Below are positions 1 to 9,695 of a DNA stretch of 64,000 nt, piece after piece; position 1 is the first letter of the stretch; each line of letters begins with the position of its first letter. A program made the position numbers and the translations under genes. The stretch lies in assembly GCA_965248195.1 (NCBI GenBank), contig CBDFIQ010000002.1, positions 1,888,001-1,952,000 of the forward strand, given 5' to 3'. The notes beneath the pieces are model-generated. The model was not told the origin of the DNA. It saw nothing but the letters and a program-made list of their open reading frames with translations, and did no database searches. The stretch is from Longimicrobiales bacterium. Lineage in GTDB: Bacteria > Gemmatimonadota > Gemmatimonadetes > Longimicrobiales > Gaopeijiaceae.

Positions 1-1
1 C

Positions 2-358
2 TCAATCCCATTCGAGACCTCCCTTTTTCCACTCGTAGACCAGCCCCAAGGCCAAAACGGCGACGAAGAGACTGACAGCTACGAACGGACCCCACCCCAA
101 CTCCCTCATTTCGACCGCCCACGGGATCAGGAAAATCGTCTCCAGATCAAAGACGATGAAACTGATCGCGACCATATAGAATTTGACGGAAAAACGAAGA
201 CGAGTATCCCCGAGTGGGATCATCCCCGACTCGTACGCCATGGATTTTTGTGGGGTTGGTCGCCGGGGGTTCAGAATATGGGAGGCGATCCCCATTCCAA
301 GCGCGTTCACGACGGAAACGCCGAACAGGATCAGAAGCGGGATGTATGATCCCGACAT
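2..358 (-). CDS. nuoA: NADH-quinone oxidoreductase subunit A
   Basis: YESG, FSVKFYMVAISFIVFDLE and EWKKGGLEWD motifs; start moved to ATG at 358 (MSGSY). Confidence 0.95.
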   Translation of the reverse strand: MSGSYIPLLILFGVSVVNALGMGIASHILNPRRPTPQKSMAYESGMIPLGDTRLRFSVKFYMVAISFIVFDLETIFLIPWAVEMRELGWGPFVAVSLFVAVLALGLVYEWKKGGLEWD

Positions 359-603
359 GGCGGCCTTTGGACCTGGCTTGTGAAATCGTTCACTTGTGGA
401 CTGATAAAGGTATTCTGAGTCTCGAACGAGTGTCAACCCGATTTCGGCCTCATTTCGCCCCTCGAAAGCCTTAATATACAATCCCCGACGGGACCATCTT
501 ATCGTCGACGCGCGGAGGGCGCGTCGCGGGGGGTGTGCGGGCCCCTCTCGATCGCTTATTCTCCCGTCGCAGTGACGATTTCCCATCAACTTGACGCAGA
601 AAT

Positions 604-1158
604 ATGCCGATCAAGAGCGACCACTGGATCCGGCGGATGTCCGAAGAGCACGGAATGATCGAGCCCTTCGAGCCGACACAGGTAAAGGACGGGAACATCT
701 CGTACGGCCTGTCTTCCTACGGCTACGACATCCGGGTGGCTGCCGAGTTCAAGGTCTTTACCAACGTCCATAACGTGATCGTCGATCCTAAGAACTTCGA
801 CGAGCGTTCGTTCGTGGATGTAAACGAGACGGAATGTATCATCCCGCCCAACTCCTTTGCTCTGGCGAGAACCGAGGAATACTTCCGTATTCCGAGGAAC
901 GTGCTCGTCGTGTGCGTCGGGAAGAGCACTTACGCCCGATGTGGTATCATCGTGAACGTGACCCCCCTCGAGCCTACCTGGTGTGGATACTTGACCCTCG
1001 AAATTTCGAATACGACGCCCCTGCCGGCGAAGATCTACGGGTGCGAGGGGATCGCTCAACTGCTCTTTTTCGAGGGGGACCAGGAGCCGGCCGTGGCGTA
1101 TGCGGACCGGCAGGGCAAATATCAGGATCAGGTTGGGGTGACGCTTCCGAAGTTGTAA
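604..1158 (+). CDS. dcd: dCTP deaminase
   Basis: [24 protein letters not shown] and LEISN motifs. Confidence 0.95.
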   Translation: MPIKSDHWIRRMSEEHGMIEPFEPTQVKDGNISYGLSSYGYDIRVAAEFKVFTNVHNVIVDPKNFDERSFVDVNETECIIPPNSFALARTEEYFRIPRNVLVVCVGKSTYARCGIIVNVTPLEPTWCGYLTLEISNTTPLPAKIYGCEGIAQLLFFEGDQEPAVAYADRQGKYQDQVGVTLPKL

Positions 1159-1241
1159 TGATCGACTCTTCACCGATACTTGGGGGGTTGCCGGGATCCC
1201 GCGTGCCCGGTGTTTGATCGCATCCTACGACTGACTCCTCC

Positions 1242-2360
1242 GTGGACACGAACAACTTCGGGGGGATCGTGACCGAGGCGCTACCTGGAGATCGCAAGTA
1301 CGAGCACACTTGGACCGCCCGGCATTTCTCGCCGCCGTGGTGGTTGGCGAGCCCCCATCTTCAAACACTGGCCGGAAAGTTTCTTAGGGCCGCGCCAGGC
1401 GGGATGCTCACAACCGAACGCTTAGAGACGCCGGACGGAGACTTTTTGGACATCGATTGGATGCCCGAGACCGATCCCGCGGGACCCCTCGTGCTCCTGC
1501 TTCATGGGCTAGAAGGCCATACGAAGAGGGGATATATGGTCCAGACCTATCTGGCGCTGGCGAACCTTGGAATGCGTGCGGTGGGCCTCAACTTCCGCGG
1601 CTGTTCCGGAGAGGCGAACCGGGCCCCCCGCTTCTACCACTCAGGCGAGACCGAGGACGTCGGCTTCGTTGTCGGGCTGCTCCGCGAGCGGTTCCCGACC
1701 CGCCCGCTCATGGCGATGGGCTTCTCTCTAGGAGGAAATGTCCTCCTCAAATTCCTGGGGGAACAGGGGGCGAAGAACGCCGCTCCGGTTTCTGCGGCTG
1801 TGGCGATCTCGGTACCGTACGACTTGTTGGCTGGAGCGATCGCCCTCGAACGGGGCGGCATGGCCAGAATTTATTCGGGCTACTTCCTCCGCTCACTTCT
1901 CGCCAAGGTCCGCGCCAAGCAAGAAATCCTGGCGAACATCCTCGACCTCGACGCCGTGTGGGCCAGCGCGACGCTCCAGCAGTTCGACGACGCCGCCACC
2001 GCCAAGCTTCATGGATTCGCGGGCGCCGAGGATTACTACCGGAAATCCAGCTCAAACCGGTTCGTCCAGTCGGTCCGGACTCCGACGCTGCTCCTTCACT
2101 CCCGGGACGACCCCTTTCTGCCCCCGGCGGCCCTGCCCCTTTCCGTGATCGAGGCGAATCCATTCTTGACCCTGGTCTTTACCCGTCGCGGCGGCCACGT
2201 GGGCTTCTTCGAGGGCGGACCACTTTGGAATCCGGCCTTTTGGATGGAGGAGCAAAGTGCGTCTTTCCTTGCCAACCATCATCAGGGCACCCCAGCAACA
2301 ACCGGCGACGTGCACTCCATCGCGCCCGGATGGGTTGACCCGAACCCCGAGAATATCTAG
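1242..2360 (+). CDS. YheT-family alpha/beta hydrolase
   Basis: HLQT, HGLEG, GFSLGG nucleophile elbow, DDP and GGHVGF; start uncertain. Confidence 0.85.
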   Translation: MDTNNFGGIVTEALPGDRKYEHTWTARHFSPPWWLASPHLQTLAGKFLRAAPGGMLTTERLETPDGDFLDIDWMPETDPAGPLVLLLHGLEGHTKRGYMVQTYLALANLGMRAVGLNFRGCSGEANRAPRFYHSGETEDVGFVVGLLRERFPTRPLMAMGFSLGGNVLLKFLGEQGAKNAAPVSAAVAISVPYDLLAGAIALERGGMARIYSGYFLRSLLAKVRAKQEILANILDLDAVWASATLQQFDDAATAKLHGFAGAEDYYRKSSSNRFVQSVRTPTLLLHSRDDPFLPPAALPLSVIEANPFLTLVFTRRGGHVGFFEGGPLWNPAFWMEEQSASFLANHHQGTPATTGDVHSIAPGWVDPNPENI

Positions 2361-2437
2361 TGTGGCGCCATCCGAAGGACACAACCCGTGCTGGCAAAAC
2401 GTGAGCACGACGCAACAATGGATGAGGGAGTAGTGGC

Positions 2438-2644
2438 ATGGCCGAGGGAACCGTGAAGTGGTTCAACGACAGCAAGGGTTTTGGGTTCATCACGCCGGAC
2501 GAGGGCGAAAAAGATTGTTTCGTGCATTATTCGGCGATCCAGGGGGACGGTTTCAAAAGCCTCGCCGAAGGGGACCGAGTACAGTTTGAAATCGGTGAGG
2601 GACCGAAGGGGCCCGCTGCAGAGAACGTGACCCGACTCGAATAA
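2438..2644 (+). CDS. Cold-shock protein
   Basis: GTVKWFN, KGFGFI and FVHYSAI RNP motifs; GAGGGAG SD upstream. Confidence 0.97.
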   Translation: MAEGTVKWFNDSKGFGFITPDEGEKDCFVHYSAIQGDGFKSLAEGDRVQFEIGEGPKGPAAENVTRLE

Positions 2645-2688
2645 CACGGCTCCCGAGGGCGCCCGTTCGAATTCAATCCGCTGGAGGC

Positions 2689-2709
2689 GCCTCGGCCGAT
2701 GGCCGAGGC
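2689..2709. terminator. Hairpin between convergent genes
   Basis: GCCTCGGCC-gat-GGCCGAGGC perfect 9-bp stem; no U-tract. Confidence 0.4.
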
Positions 2710-2736
2710 AACCTTGGCCTTAAGACACCTTGGCCT

Positions 2737-3258
2737 TTAGACTGGGGGCCTGCGCTGCCCCGAGGGCTTGAAGAACACCCTTTGGTGCCAGCTCTCCCGT
2801 GCCGGACACTCCCACCGCCCCGAGCGCGCATCCTTCAGGCGGGTGACGGTATTGTCGAACACCACCGTGTCCGGACCCACCGCCCCCTCCTCCGCCAGGC
2901 GGCCGAACCCAGATCGGGAAATTCGCTGCACCTCTCCATCCGCCACGAACCAAACCGGCGTGTTATCGATGACCCGCACGCCCAAACGGCGCTCCTGATC
3001 TCTCAGCACACCGACCATCGCGTCGATGGAGCACCCTGAGGGAGGCGCGGAAGCTTCGTCGACCGCAACGAGGAGAAAACGTCCCCATCTCCAATCGCGG
3101 CCGCACGTCAGTGGAACCCCGTGCGCCACCCACATCTCGAGAAACAGATCCACGGCGCTCAAGAAGCTCTCCCGCTCGGCTGCTGCCAGGGCGCGCTCGA
3201 CCCCAAACACCCAAAGGCGTGATTCGTCGGGCAGAGCCTCGAACGGAACCATCGGCAT
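2737..3258 (-). CDS. Conserved hypothetical protein (SGCSID motif)
   Basis: LPDESRLWVF...W.AHG.PL...DE...SGCSID pattern; coupled to the upstream gene. Confidence 0.75.
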   Translation of the reverse strand: MPMVPFEALPDESRLWVFGVERALAAAERESFLSAVDLFLEMWVAHGVPLTCGRDWRWGRFLLVAVDEASAPPSGCSIDAMVGVLRDQERRLGVRVIDNTPVWFVADGEVQRISRSGFGRLAEEGAVGPDTVVFDNTVTRLKDARSGRWECPARESWHQRVFFKPSGQRRPPV

Positions 3259-4466
3259 CAGACCATCTCCGCGTCGGCCGTGGTGACGTCCGGGGCGGCG
3301 TCCGCACCCCCCGCAGGCTCGGCGACGTCGGGGCCGTCTACGCTGCCACCGGTTGTGGACTCTGAAGGGTTGGTAACGGCGAGGCTCGGCACCATCTGCG
3401 GGGGCGATTTATCCAAGAGTATTGCCACCCAGCGCAGATCCTCGGTGTTCTCCAACATGATCTTGACTACCATCGTGAGGGGAACCGCGAGTAGGGCTCC
3501 CACCGGACCCCAGACCCAGGCCCAGAACAGCAAAGACAGGATCACCACCAGAGTCGATAGCCCCAGCCTCCTGCCCATCAGGTTGGGCTCGATGATATTC
3601 CCAAACACCATGTTGATCGCCCCGTATCCGGCGACCACAAGCATGAAATTGATGAACGTGCCGACCCCAACCAGGCTGAGAAAGAGGGCCGGAACCGCCG
3701 CCAGAATGGACCCGACGGTGGGAATGTAATTCATGACGAATCCGATGAGTCCGAGCAGGACCGGAAAATCCAACCCCAACAACCACGCCAGCGCACCGAT
3801 CAGCAAACCGGTGGCCAGGCTCACCACCGTCTTGATACCGAGATACTCCTGGACCTCCGTGACGATCTTCGTCACACGCCTACGGTCGCTCGTCACCGAC
3901 TTCGTGGCACGCCGCCGCTCGCCTTCGCGAGGCCCCACGATCGCCCGGAACTTGAACGGGAAAACCATGGCCTCACCCAGAATGAACGCCATGATCAGCA
4001 GGACCAGGAACGCGTCGGTGAGGAAGGCCACCACGTCAGCAAGCCTCGTGGCGAAGAAGCCGACCGCAATACCAGGATCGATCAAGTCGAGGAGCCGATA
4101 TTGGTCGAGCTCGATTCCGCTCCACGCACTCAAGCCGACCACCCATGAGTCGTAAAGCGTCTGTACGCGTGTTGTATACCCCGGGAGCTGGTCCTGGAAA
4201 TCGCCCACAGCCTGCGTACCCAGCATGATGAGCGCCCCGAATAGCGCACCGATCACGAGCATCGTGAGCACGATGGCCAGAGGTGCGGGCACACGTCGGA
4301 GTTGGAGCCAAAACATGAGCGGCATGCTCATCACGGCCAGGAACAGGGCCAAGGCGAAGGGAAGAAGGATGCCCGCGCCCTCGCGTAACCCCGCGACGAC
4401 GATGACGAAGGACGCCCCCATGAGAAGGAAGCGGGCTCCAGGGGTGTTGGCTTGCATCGGAATCAT
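3258..4466 (-). CDS. AI-2E family transporter
   Basis: Multi-TM; YLGIKT, NYIPTVGS, IEPNLMG and WG..GALLAVP motifs. Confidence 0.9.
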   Translation of the reverse strand: MIPMQANTPGARFLLMGASFVIVVAGLREGAGILLPFALALFLAVMSMPLMFWLQLRRVPAPLAIVLTMLVIGALFGALIMLGTQAVGDFQDQLPGYTTRVQTLYDSWVVGLSAWSGIELDQYRLLDLIDPGIAVGFFATRLADVVAFLTDAFLVLLIMAFILGEAMVFPFKFRAIVGPREGERRRATKSVTSDRRRVTKIVTEVQEYLGIKTVVSLATGLLIGALAWLLGLDFPVLLGLIGFVMNYIPTVGSILAAVPALFLSLVGVGTFINFMLVVAGYGAINMVFGNIIEPNLMGRRLGLSTLVVILSLLFWAWVWGPVGALLAVPLTMVVKIMLENTEDLRWVAILLDKSPPQMVPSLAVTNPSESTTGGSVDGPDVAEPAGGADAAPDVTTADAEMV

Positions 4467-4599
4467 CTAGCGTGTCGCATCTCCGAGAGTCATGATCGCG
4501 AACGAATAAGAGCCGAATCTTGTCGGCCAGCGCCGCCGTCCACACTACACAACAACTACATAACAAGATAACAAGGCTCGTACTAGCGGAAGCCGTCTG

Positions 4600-4974
4600 A
4601 TGCCTGAACACCGATCTCATTCCGGGGTTCCGATTCCCCATTCCAACTCCGGCCTGCTTGGCCAGTGCCGGGTGGACGTCTTTCGCTCCGGTGGCAAGGG
4701 TGGACAACATCAGAACGTCACCGAGAGCGGTGTCCGCCTCACGCATCTTCCCACCGGGACCGTGGTCACCAGCCGCCGTTTCCGTAGCCAACTTGCCAAC
4801 AAGCGGAAGGCGCTGGTCACCCTTCGCAGGAGACTCGCCGCGCTGAACACACGTAAGAAACGGCGCATCCCCACCCGCCCCACCCGCCGCGCTCGGGAGC
4901 GCCGCTTATCATCTAAACAACGCCACTCTTCGAAGAAGATTCTCCGTCGAAAACCGAAGGTGGACGACGATTAG
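4600..4974 (+). CDS. Peptidyl-tRNA hydrolase/RF-1 domain protein (ArfB-like)
   Basis: [24 protein letters not shown] and a basic C-terminal tail. Confidence 0.85.
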   Translation: MPEHRSHSGVPIPHSNSGLLGQCRVDVFRSGGKGGQHQNVTESGVRLTHLPTGTVVTSRRFRSQLANKRKALVTLRRRLAALNTRKKRRIPTRPTRRARERRLSSKQRHSSKKILRRKPKVDDD

Positions 4975-5048
4975 GCAGTAGGCTTATCATTAACAGTAGC
5001 TTTAGACTCCCCGTTGGTTCGATTGATCCGCACTTCGAGAGGCTTTAA

Positions 5049-6176
5049 TTGAAGGAGAAAATCCGTGCGCTCTTGATCGATGATGATCAAGGGGACTTCG
5101 TCTTTACGAAGGGGCTTCTGAGTCAGATCAAGCGGCCCACCATCGAATTGGATTGGGTCCCCACGTTCGAAGAGGGGTACGATGCCATCGCCCAGGGTGA
5201 GTACGACATCTATCTCGTAGATTATTTCCTCGAGGACCGTACCGGCCTTGATTTACTCCGTGAAGCCGCGCGGCACCAACTTCAGGCGCCAGTGATCATG
5301 CTCACCGGCCGGGGCAGTCATGATGTAGACATCGAGGCGATGCAAGCGGGTGCCGCCGACTATCTCGTCAAGGGCCAGATCGAACCCGAAGACCTCGAAC
5401 GCTCTATACGATATGCGCTTGATCGTATGGAAGCCCAGCGGGCGCTCAGGGTGAGCGAGGAGCGGCATCGAGGGATGTTCGATCACCTTCCCCTGGGCGT
5501 GTATCGGTGTACTCCAGAGGGTGAGTTTTTGGATGCCAACCCAGCCCTGGTCAGGATTCTCGGCTATCCCAACCCGGCAAGCCTCGCAAGCCTATACGCC
5601 TCCACGTTCTACGTCAGCGCCGAGGACGAAGACACGTTCAAGGCTCGGCTCAGAGAATTCGGAATCGTGCGGGGCTTCGAGACAGAATTACGCGACCTGG
5701 ATGGCCGCAAGATCCGCCTTCGTAATACGGCGCGGATTCATCGGGACGCGGATAAGAAGGTGGGCTACGTCGAGGGCGTCATCGAGGAGATCTCGCGTAC
5801 GTCGCGTTCGCTCGGATTATACCAAGAGGCCGCCCGATACAGGGCACTATACGAGTGCGGCCACATCGGCATCCTCACGTTGGACCGCTCGGGAGAAATT
5901 CGAGATGGCAACCCTGCCTTCCGTGCGCTGTCGGGTTACGAGGAGGAGGATCTTTCCTCGGTGGAATATGCCCAACTTTTCGAGGAGGGGAATCGAGGGG
6001 AGGCTTTGGTGAAAATCCGGCAACTCTCGGAAGAGGGCTCCGCGGGTCGGGAAAAACTCCTTACGCTTCAAATGAAGGGCGGATCGACCCGTACCGTGAG
6101 CACCCTGGCCGTTCTCATCAGAGACTGGGACGGGGAGCCGGACCACATCCTCGTGATGTTCGAGGCAGCACCATGA
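5049..6176 (+). CDS. Response regulator with two PAS domains
   Basis: N-terminal REC (IDDD, LVDY, MLTG, DYLVK) followed by two NPA-type PAS repeats. Confidence 0.85.
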   Translation: MKEKIRALLIDDDQGDFVFTKGLLSQIKRPTIELDWVPTFEEGYDAIAQGEYDIYLVDYFLEDRTGLDLLREAARHQLQAPVIMLTGRGSHDVDIEAMQAGAADYLVKGQIEPEDLERSIRYALDRMEAQRALRVSEERHRGMFDHLPLGVYRCTPEGEFLDANPALVRILGYPNPASLASLYASTFYVSAEDEDTFKARLREFGIVRGFETELRDLDGRKIRLRNTARIHRDADKKVGYVEGVIEEISRTSRSLGLYQEAARYRALYECGHIGILTLDRSGEIRDGNPAFRALSGYEEEDLSSVEYAQLFEEGNRGEALVKIRQLSEEGSAGREKLLTLQMKGGSTRTVSTLAVLIRDWDGEPDHILVMFEAAP

Positions 6177-6187
6177 TGTTCGAGGCA
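6154..6187 (+). repeat. 14-bp direct repeat at gene 3' end
   Basis: TGATGTTCGAGGCA at 6154 and 6174; the second copy supplies the stop codon. Confidence 0.8.
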
Positions 6188-6233
6188 ACGCTGACGGACT
6201 AGATGCCCGGCAGGATTCGGCCCTGGTCGACCG

Positions 6234-7070
6234 TTACGCCAGATGTTCCTCAGCCTGATCCGGCCCGTCGGCGGCTGGATCGTCCTCGGCCCGTGGCTCT
6301 TCCATCACTTCCGTATCACCCTCGCCGGCCTCGCCGGCCTCGCCCATATCGGTATCCCTCGCGGCGGCGGGCCCGGAATCCGGCGCCTCCTCTGCTTGGG
6401 GGATGTCGGCAAGTACCTCCTCGGGCGGGGCGACCCTTCGAGCGTTCGAACCCAGAGCATGACTCAAGCATCGGTCGCTCCAATCCCGCTGACGCTCCCC
6501 ATCGTGCGGCGCTCGCCCTGCCGCCACCCAATCCCTCACCTCATTCGCATCGTCCGTGCGTTCGAGAGCATCCAACGCATCTGCCGCCAGAACCCGGAAA
6601 TCTTCGTCCGGAGCGACTTGGGCCATCATATAGATCTGTTCCCCGGCCAGATCCTGATGGTCACCTTTTTTGGCACTCGCCACATACTCGTTGAGGTGCA
6701 CCACCACGGAGGCCATATGACGGGAAGCGAGGTCGAGCCACGTCAGAGTGCAAAGCGTTCGAACCGCGTCGGGGTGGATGCGCACGATCTTCGTCGCGAG
6801 TCCACGGGCGGGCTCCGACTGCCCGTCCTCGAGCATCGCATCAATGGCGCGGCCGTAGTACTTGAGCGCCCGCGGCCGATCGCCCGCACGATCGCACAGA
6901 TCACCCGCGCGGTTGAGCGGCACCCATCTGAACCCCAATCCCGCCGACTCCGCCTCGTCCTCGAGAGCGTGCAGCATCGCATCGGTGACCGGTGCGCGCC
7001 GATCCCCGGCAGGCTCCTTAGAGCGAAACAAGCCCCAAAGTCGTTTCATCCAAGCCGGTGCAGTATTCAC
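6234..7070 (-). CDS. Hypothetical helical-repeat (TPR-like) protein with acidic tail
   Basis: NRAGDLC...ALKYYGRAID helical pattern; plausible codon usage. Confidence 0.65.
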   Translation of the reverse strand: MNTAPAWMKRLWGLFRSKEPAGDRRAPVTDAMLHALEDEAESAGLGFRWVPLNRAGDLCDRAGDRPRALKYYGRAIDAMLEDGQSEPARGLATKIVRIHPDAVRTLCTLTWLDLASRHMASVVVHLNEYVASAKKGDHQDLAGEQIYMMAQVAPDEDFRVLAADALDALERTDDANEVRDWVAAGRAPHDGERQRDWSDRCLSHALGSNARRVAPPEEVLADIPQAEEAPDSGPAAARDTDMGEAGEAGEGDTEVMEEPRAEDDPAADGPDQAEEHLA

Positions 7071-7127
7071 AGGGAACGAACCTAGTAATCCACAGCGAGT
7101 GCCGATAGCCGGATGTTCGTGTTGCCG

Positions 7128-9695
7128 TCAAACGGACCCACGCGCTCCAGAGAATCGTCGCCAAAACCACGGCGCACGGCGAACCGCAACATCCATGAAA
7201 AAGCTAAACAGAGCCAGGGCGGAGAGCCACGGCCACAGGGGTGTGGGTACCGAGGCCGTCTCTCCGTAGTCTTCGAAAATCTCTCCCACGTCCGGTAAGA
7301 ATTCCCCTCCGGTTTGCACAGCAATCTCATTCAGCAGGTCGTTATTGGCAGGATAGAGCCGGAATTCGTCCCCATACCTGTAATAGAGAGCCTGCGAGCG
7401 GTCCTCGATACCGTTGCCCGACAACTCGAATCGATACGGCTCCTCGCCAGGAGCGCCGAGGACGTGCCGAGCCTGAAACGTTCCCGGGCCAATCTGTTGG
7501 AAGGACAAAGGCACCGCCTCCGCTCCGGGTCCGACCAGTCGTAGCTGCGGGTCCAGATCGGTACGGTAGGCACCCTCCTCGGTGAGCGCACTCACCGTGA
7601 TGAAGGCCTCATCCCCGACCCGCTCTACGACGAAATCCAACTCGCCGCCGCCGTCACGCCTCATCGTTTCTCGGACCAGTTGGGACCAAAATTTTCCATA
7701 CCCATCCCACGTCAGCCAATCGGCGGCCCAGCGGTTCTTGACGTCCGATGTAAAGACGGCGGTCCTGCCCAATCCATACCGCCACCGCGCCAGCAGTGGG
7801 TTCTCCGAATCGGATTGGATGAGCACCTCGGCGGTCTCCTTCGCCAGCGTCCTCACGTAGCCTCGGAGAGCCGGCGCCGCATCCAGGTCGATGTCGGTGA
7901 AGGCCTCGATGGAGGTGATTACCGTAGTCTCGACGGCCTCTTCCACCAACGTGGACTGCGAGGCGATCTGGGTTTCCTGGATGAAGATTCGCGGAACCCG
8001 GTCAGCGTCTTGAATGAAGTAGGCACGCCCCCTTCCCCAAGTTGCAATATTCCCCAGTAGTTCTCTATCCGCCTCCTGGCCCACCGCCACGGACGAGACG
8101 GTGATGTCCGAATCGGACATCAACGAAACGAGCTCCTCGTAATCGTCCGCGTAGGTTTTTCCATCGGACAACAGGATGATGTGCCTCACCTCCGCCTCGG
8201 AGTCCGAAAGAGCCTGGAACGCCGTCTCCAACGCCGGATAAATGTTGGTTTGGGACCCGGCAATGATGCGACTGATGAAGTCGTTCATGCGGGGCTTCTC
8301 GACGGCGAGCTGAAGCGGTACGGTCACGTAGGGAGTATCATCGAAGGTGATCAATCCAAAGCTGTGGGTCGGCTCGAGTAGATCCAGCGCCGCCTTGGCC
8401 GCTTCCTTTGACAATTCGAGTTTCGGGCCCACCATGCTGTAGGACTTATCCAGTACGATGATGAGGGCCAGGTCCTTCCGTTCTTCGTTGATCTCGAACC
8501 AGATGGGAAGTACTTCCTCGATCTCCGACCCGGCATACCCCTCTTCACCATAGCTCGACTCACCGGCGGCGAAAATGAATCCGCCCCCGGAGTCTCGGAC
8601 GTATTCGAGGATGGCGTTCACCTGATCGCTACCCAACGCGTCCATGGGTACGTCACTCAGCAGCATGAGGTCGAAATTTTCAAGAGCCGCAGCCGTCTCC
8701 GGCAGTGATTGAGGGCCCACGACGGTGACGTCCATGCCCTCCGCGGAGAGCGCGTCTCTCAGGTACTGGGCGCTGGCCAGTCGACCCTCGACGTAGAGTA
8801 TGCGGGGGCGTGCGCCAACGGAGATCGCCCGTGTATGAAGGTCATTTTGGCCGAGCGGGTCGTTCTCACTTCGGAGCTGTCCCGAAAGCGTTCCCGCGCC
8901 GCCGCCCGGAAGCCGTACCTCGAAATCGACCTCGTTGAGTCCGGGCTCGAGGCTCACCTCGCGGCTCTCGAGGGTCAGGTCGTCACCCACGAGTGCGACG
9001 GTGGCAGTGGTGGCCACGCGGCTGAACACACTTACGGTCGCGGTCACCGGCTCCTGCTCGCGGATCTCATCGGGTAGATCGATCGCTTCGACCCAGCTGT
9101 CCCCTTCCCCCCGAACCGTGGCGGGAAGCGTGAACACACGGACATCGTTTTCCTGCGCCTCCCCCAACAGCCGAGACACGTTCCCCGCATTCTCGTTGCC
9201 GTCCGTAATCAATACGAGGCGCTTGAGGTAGCGGGGATCGAAGCTCCGGAGCGCGTGCGACAGGGCCGTTTCGAGATTCGTAACGCTCTGGTCGATCGAA
9301 CGGTTGGCTCCATCGGCCGAGACTTCGACCGACCGGATCGCCTCGGCGGTAGCCACGGCCTGAGCCGACCCACCAAAGGCGAGGAAGGCCGCGTGCGCTG
9401 GATCCCCCCGGGCATTCGTCGAGGCGATCCAATCGATGGCCGTATCGACGAACGCCGGATCGATGCTGCTTGATACGTCGAGCGCGTAAACGATGGACAT
9501 CCACTTGCCCGACCGGTGCCAGACGGGCTCGATGAGGGCGGAAACCAACAAGACCACGACCGCAATCCGAAACGCGGCGGCCACCGTGCGATGCCGGCGC
9601 GACGACCCCAACGTAGAGCGCTGAGACAGCCGCCAAATGAATGGGACCGCCACCAATCCCAGAATCGGCCACCACCGAGCGAACTCGATACTCAT
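7128..9695 (-). CDS. Membrane protein with two VWA domains and a GATase-like middle domain
   Basis: DVSSS and DKSYS MIDAS motifs, TDG/SDG, GGGFIF; ATG at 9695 overlaps the upstream stop. Confidence 0.85.
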   Translation of the reverse strand: MSIEFARWWPILGLVAVPFIWRLSQRSTLGSSRRHRTVAAAFRIAVVVLLVSALIEPVWHRSGKWMSIVYALDVSSSIDPAFVDTAIDWIASTNARGDPAHAAFLAFGGSAQAVATAEAIRSVEVSADGANRSIDQSVTNLETALSHALRSFDPRYLKRLVLITDGNENAGNVSRLLGEAQENDVRVFTLPATVRGEGDSWVEAIDLPDEIREQEPVTATVSVFSRVATTATVALVGDDLTLESREVSLEPGLNEVDFEVRLPGGGAGTLSGQLRSENDPLGQNDLHTRAISVGARPRILYVEGRLASAQYLRDALSAEGMDVTVVGPQSLPETAAALENFDLMLLSDVPMDALGSDQVNAILEYVRDSGGGFIFAAGESSYGEEGYAGSEIEEVLPIWFEINEERKDLALIIVLDKSYSMVGPKLELSKEAAKAALDLLEPTHSFGLITFDDTPYVTVPLQLAVEKPRMNDFISRIIAGSQTNIYPALETAFQALSDSEAEVRHIILLSDGKTYADDYEELVSLMSDSDITVSSVAVGQEADRELLGNIATWGRGRAYFIQDADRVPRIFIQETQIASQSTLVEEAVETTVITSIEAFTDIDLDAAPALRGYVRTLAKETAEVLIQSDSENPLLARWRYGLGRTAVFTSDVKNRWAADWLTWDGYGKFWSQLVRETMRRDGGGELDFVVERVGDEAFITVSALTEEGAYRTDLDPQLRLVGPGAEAVPLSFQQIGPGTFQARHVLGAPGEEPYRFELSGNGIEDRSQALYYRYGDEFRLYPANNDLLNEIAVQTGGEFLPDVGEIFEDYGETASVPTPLWPWLSALALFSFFMDVAVRRAPWFWRRFSGARGSV

